Shown: positions 34,563-36,726 of the stretch, one piece after another
Numbering within the stretch: position 1 is the first letter of the stretch
Layout of the letters: the number at the start of each line of letters is the position of its first letter
NCBI GenBank assembly: GCA_048213135.1
Contig: PS015502.1
Location: 1-36,726, forward strand
Reading direction: 5' to 3'
DNA from: Reclinomonas americana ATCC 50394
Taxonomy: Eukaryota
Length of the DNA: 36,726 nt
Translations under genes and position numbers: made by a program
Notes under the pieces: model-generated
Seen by the model: only the letters and a program-made list of their open reading frames with translations
Databases searched by the model: none
What the model was told of the DNA's origin: nothing

Positions 34563-36493
34563 ATGACGCCATTGGCGTCGAGACGATCGTGCACTGTCGT
34601 TGTGGTGTCGTTGTTTGCGTGTGCGGTGCTGTTGGGCACGGTGTGGTCGCTGCTGCGCGCTGATCGCCACGTGTCTGTTGAGGGTGGGGAGAGAGAGGAG
34701 GCGGGATCGGTGGTGGTGGAGGAGGAGGAGGAGTTGATGTTGTGGGATGGTCGAGAGGATGTGACGGCGGAGGTGCATGAGTGGCGTGAGCAACTGGAGG
34801 TGTGGGTGATTGCGCTGGTGTAGTTGTGAGAGTGTGTTTGACTGTTGTGTGCGCAGGCGGCTCGGCGACGGGGACCTGTGGGCGGTGGGCAGTGTCGGGC
34901 GCATGTGACACGCATGGCGGGGTTGCCGGCGTCGGTGGCCAACTGGATCGAGATGGCTGTGCGCAATCCGTTCATGTTGCGCTCTTTATTGATTGACAAC
35001 TGCGTGTGCATTTCGTGACACGAGTGTCGCATCGCAGACATCGACTGCTGCTCGATCTGGCGTCGCCTACGTTGTGTCAGCGACCGTCGATGATGGCGCT
35101 GAGAGAGCGATTGCAGTCGGCGCAGTGCGCACGGCTGAGTAGTTGCGTGCACGCGCGCGCAACGAACGATGCTGGGCTCTGTTTTGCTTGTTGGTGACAC
35201 GTCGATGGTACGCGCACGCAGGTCACACGTCAACGTTCTGGCAAATCTACCACAAGCCGGAGACGTGGTCTTCATTGTACAACATGCCGTGGACAGGTGT
35301 GTATATTGCAGCGCTGCGTGGGCGATGCGCACAACAAGATCGCTCAATCGCCGTGCCGGCAGGTGGTATCAGTGTGACGCCCGACCAGTTGGCTCGCTAC
35401 TGCGACATCAACATTACCGACTTCACCACGACGTTTGTGACGGATCCACCCAGCAAGGGACTGCGTGCACAGACGCAGTTTGCAGAGCAGGCGGCGATTG
35501 TACCGTTCGGACTCGGCGCGTACTGCTTGCCGCTACCTGACTGGTTCGGCTTTGGCACATGGTGAGGGTGGGGCGGTACTCCATGCACTCGCCGCTTGCA
35601 ATTGCTGACGTGCGGTGTGTGTGCTCTCTGCAGGCAGCAAGACGTGAAGGTGCGGCCGCCGTGTGAGGTGCTGGGCGACTTTGATATTCAAGGTGTGTGT
35701 ATTGGAACGCACTCCCACTCCCACTCTCGCTCACCGACGAGTTGCGCAGCTGTGCCAGAGAATACCGTGCTTGCATGGGTGCGTGCTGGAGAGGATCGAG
35801 TTGCTGTCGTCGTCGTCGTCGTCGTCCCCCTGCCCTCACATGTATGTGTGTATAGAACGATTTTCTCAGTTCCACACAGGGCAGTCTGCTGAAACAGGCT
35901 GCCGAGGCACACGGCAAGGCACTGGTGGATACACTGGAGTCAATGATGCAGGAGGTGTTCGGCACGCCGTTCCCCATCCCGGCCGAGATCCAGTGCAAGG
36001 ACTACCGCTGCATCCCGTGCTGTGCCCACATGTACATGCACCGGAACACGCTTCGCGTGTTTGCCAAATTCCAGCTGGCCTTCTTCGCCTACGCCTTCGG
36101 TACAGGGCAATACTTGGGTGGTTGCTCGTACCTGGAGCGCGGAATGACGCATGGCCGGTGCTTCGCGTACGTTGCAGAGCGACTGACGTCGCTCTTCTTC
36201 TTCATGAAGGAACGCAAGGTGACCGCAACGTCGATGCGCTCTTCCCACCTGTTTCGTTCTGTGCTCACTCCCTCGGCTGCGCCACGCAGTTGCTACTGTG
36301 GAGGCTTCCGCTTCGCACCGAGTGTCCAGACCCGGTTTCCGTGGAAACCTTCGACTTTTACCAGCAACAGCCGGCACTCACTAATCAAGATATTAATCGA
36401 TTGTTCGACGCTCTCGTGGAATGCAACAATATGGCGGCGGCCGAGAATCAACAAGAGGAGGAGAAAGACGAGGCGGAGCGTGAAGTACCATAA
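34563..36493 (+). CDS. Type II membrane protein, possibly a DUF4422-like glycosyltransferase; about 7 introns
   Basis: Short basic N-terminus plus one TM (VVVVSLFACAVLLGTVWSLL), acidic stem, then FWQIYHK and GRCFAYVAERLTSLFF motifs resembling DUF4422 I…HK and R..G/A…ERL motifs. Ends at TAA 36491-36493. Confidence 0.55.
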
Positions 36494-36726
36494 AACAGAA
36501 AGAAGTCTTGTCGGAGTTGTCTCTGTCCCGCAGCGCGCTCGAGCTCGCACTTCCCGCGCAGACAGATTTCTCGCGTTGCCAATGGAAGAACGCACTGTGC
36601 TCGACGGTTGCGTTTTCTCCCACGCAGCCACTGTGCACATGCACGCACGCACACACACGCCACACGCATGTCACACTTCGGTCAGCGTGACATGTCTCTC
36701 ACATGGCTCACACACACATACACGCA

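Noticed and set aside
404-35148. Shifted donors being non-GT (TT-AG) or U12-type introns
   Set aside because: Phase arithmetic requires cleavage before the G of GTT. The motif does not match the U12 donor RTATCCTT, and the acceptors and branch-like CTRAC/CTAAT motifs look U2-type.
1-36726. Stop-codon reassignment or programmed frameshifting to explain the fragmented ORFs
   Set aside because: The interruptions I traced are resolved by short introns ending in AG with consistent phase. The genes end in TAA or TGA and no in-frame stop needs recoding.

Overview
Gene-dense, intron-rich eukaryotic (protist-like) genomic DNA. By manual splicing I can build nine spliced genes with roughly 120 short (mostly 55-110 nt) GT-AG introns in the standard genetic code: a partial secreted protein, a small coiled-coil protein, two large tandem paralogous multi-pass membrane PAS/class III nucleotidyl cyclases, a TCAIM-like mitochondrial protein, an amphiphysin-like N-BAR protein, a large secreted beta-sandwich-repeat/H-type lectin protein, ISCA1 and a DUF4422-like type II membrane protein. 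Two things stand out. (1) The adjacent cyclase paralogs carry exactly complementary halves of the catalytic site, one C1-like and one C2-like, and both have FixL-type heme-PAS domains, suggesting an obligate heterodimeric gas-sensing adenylyl cyclase. (2) About 29 introns (roughly a fifth to a quarter) appear to use a +1-shifted 5' splice site GTT(G/A/T)(C/A/T)G(T/C), mostly GTTGCGT. All gene models are hand-built and need RNA-seq confirmation.
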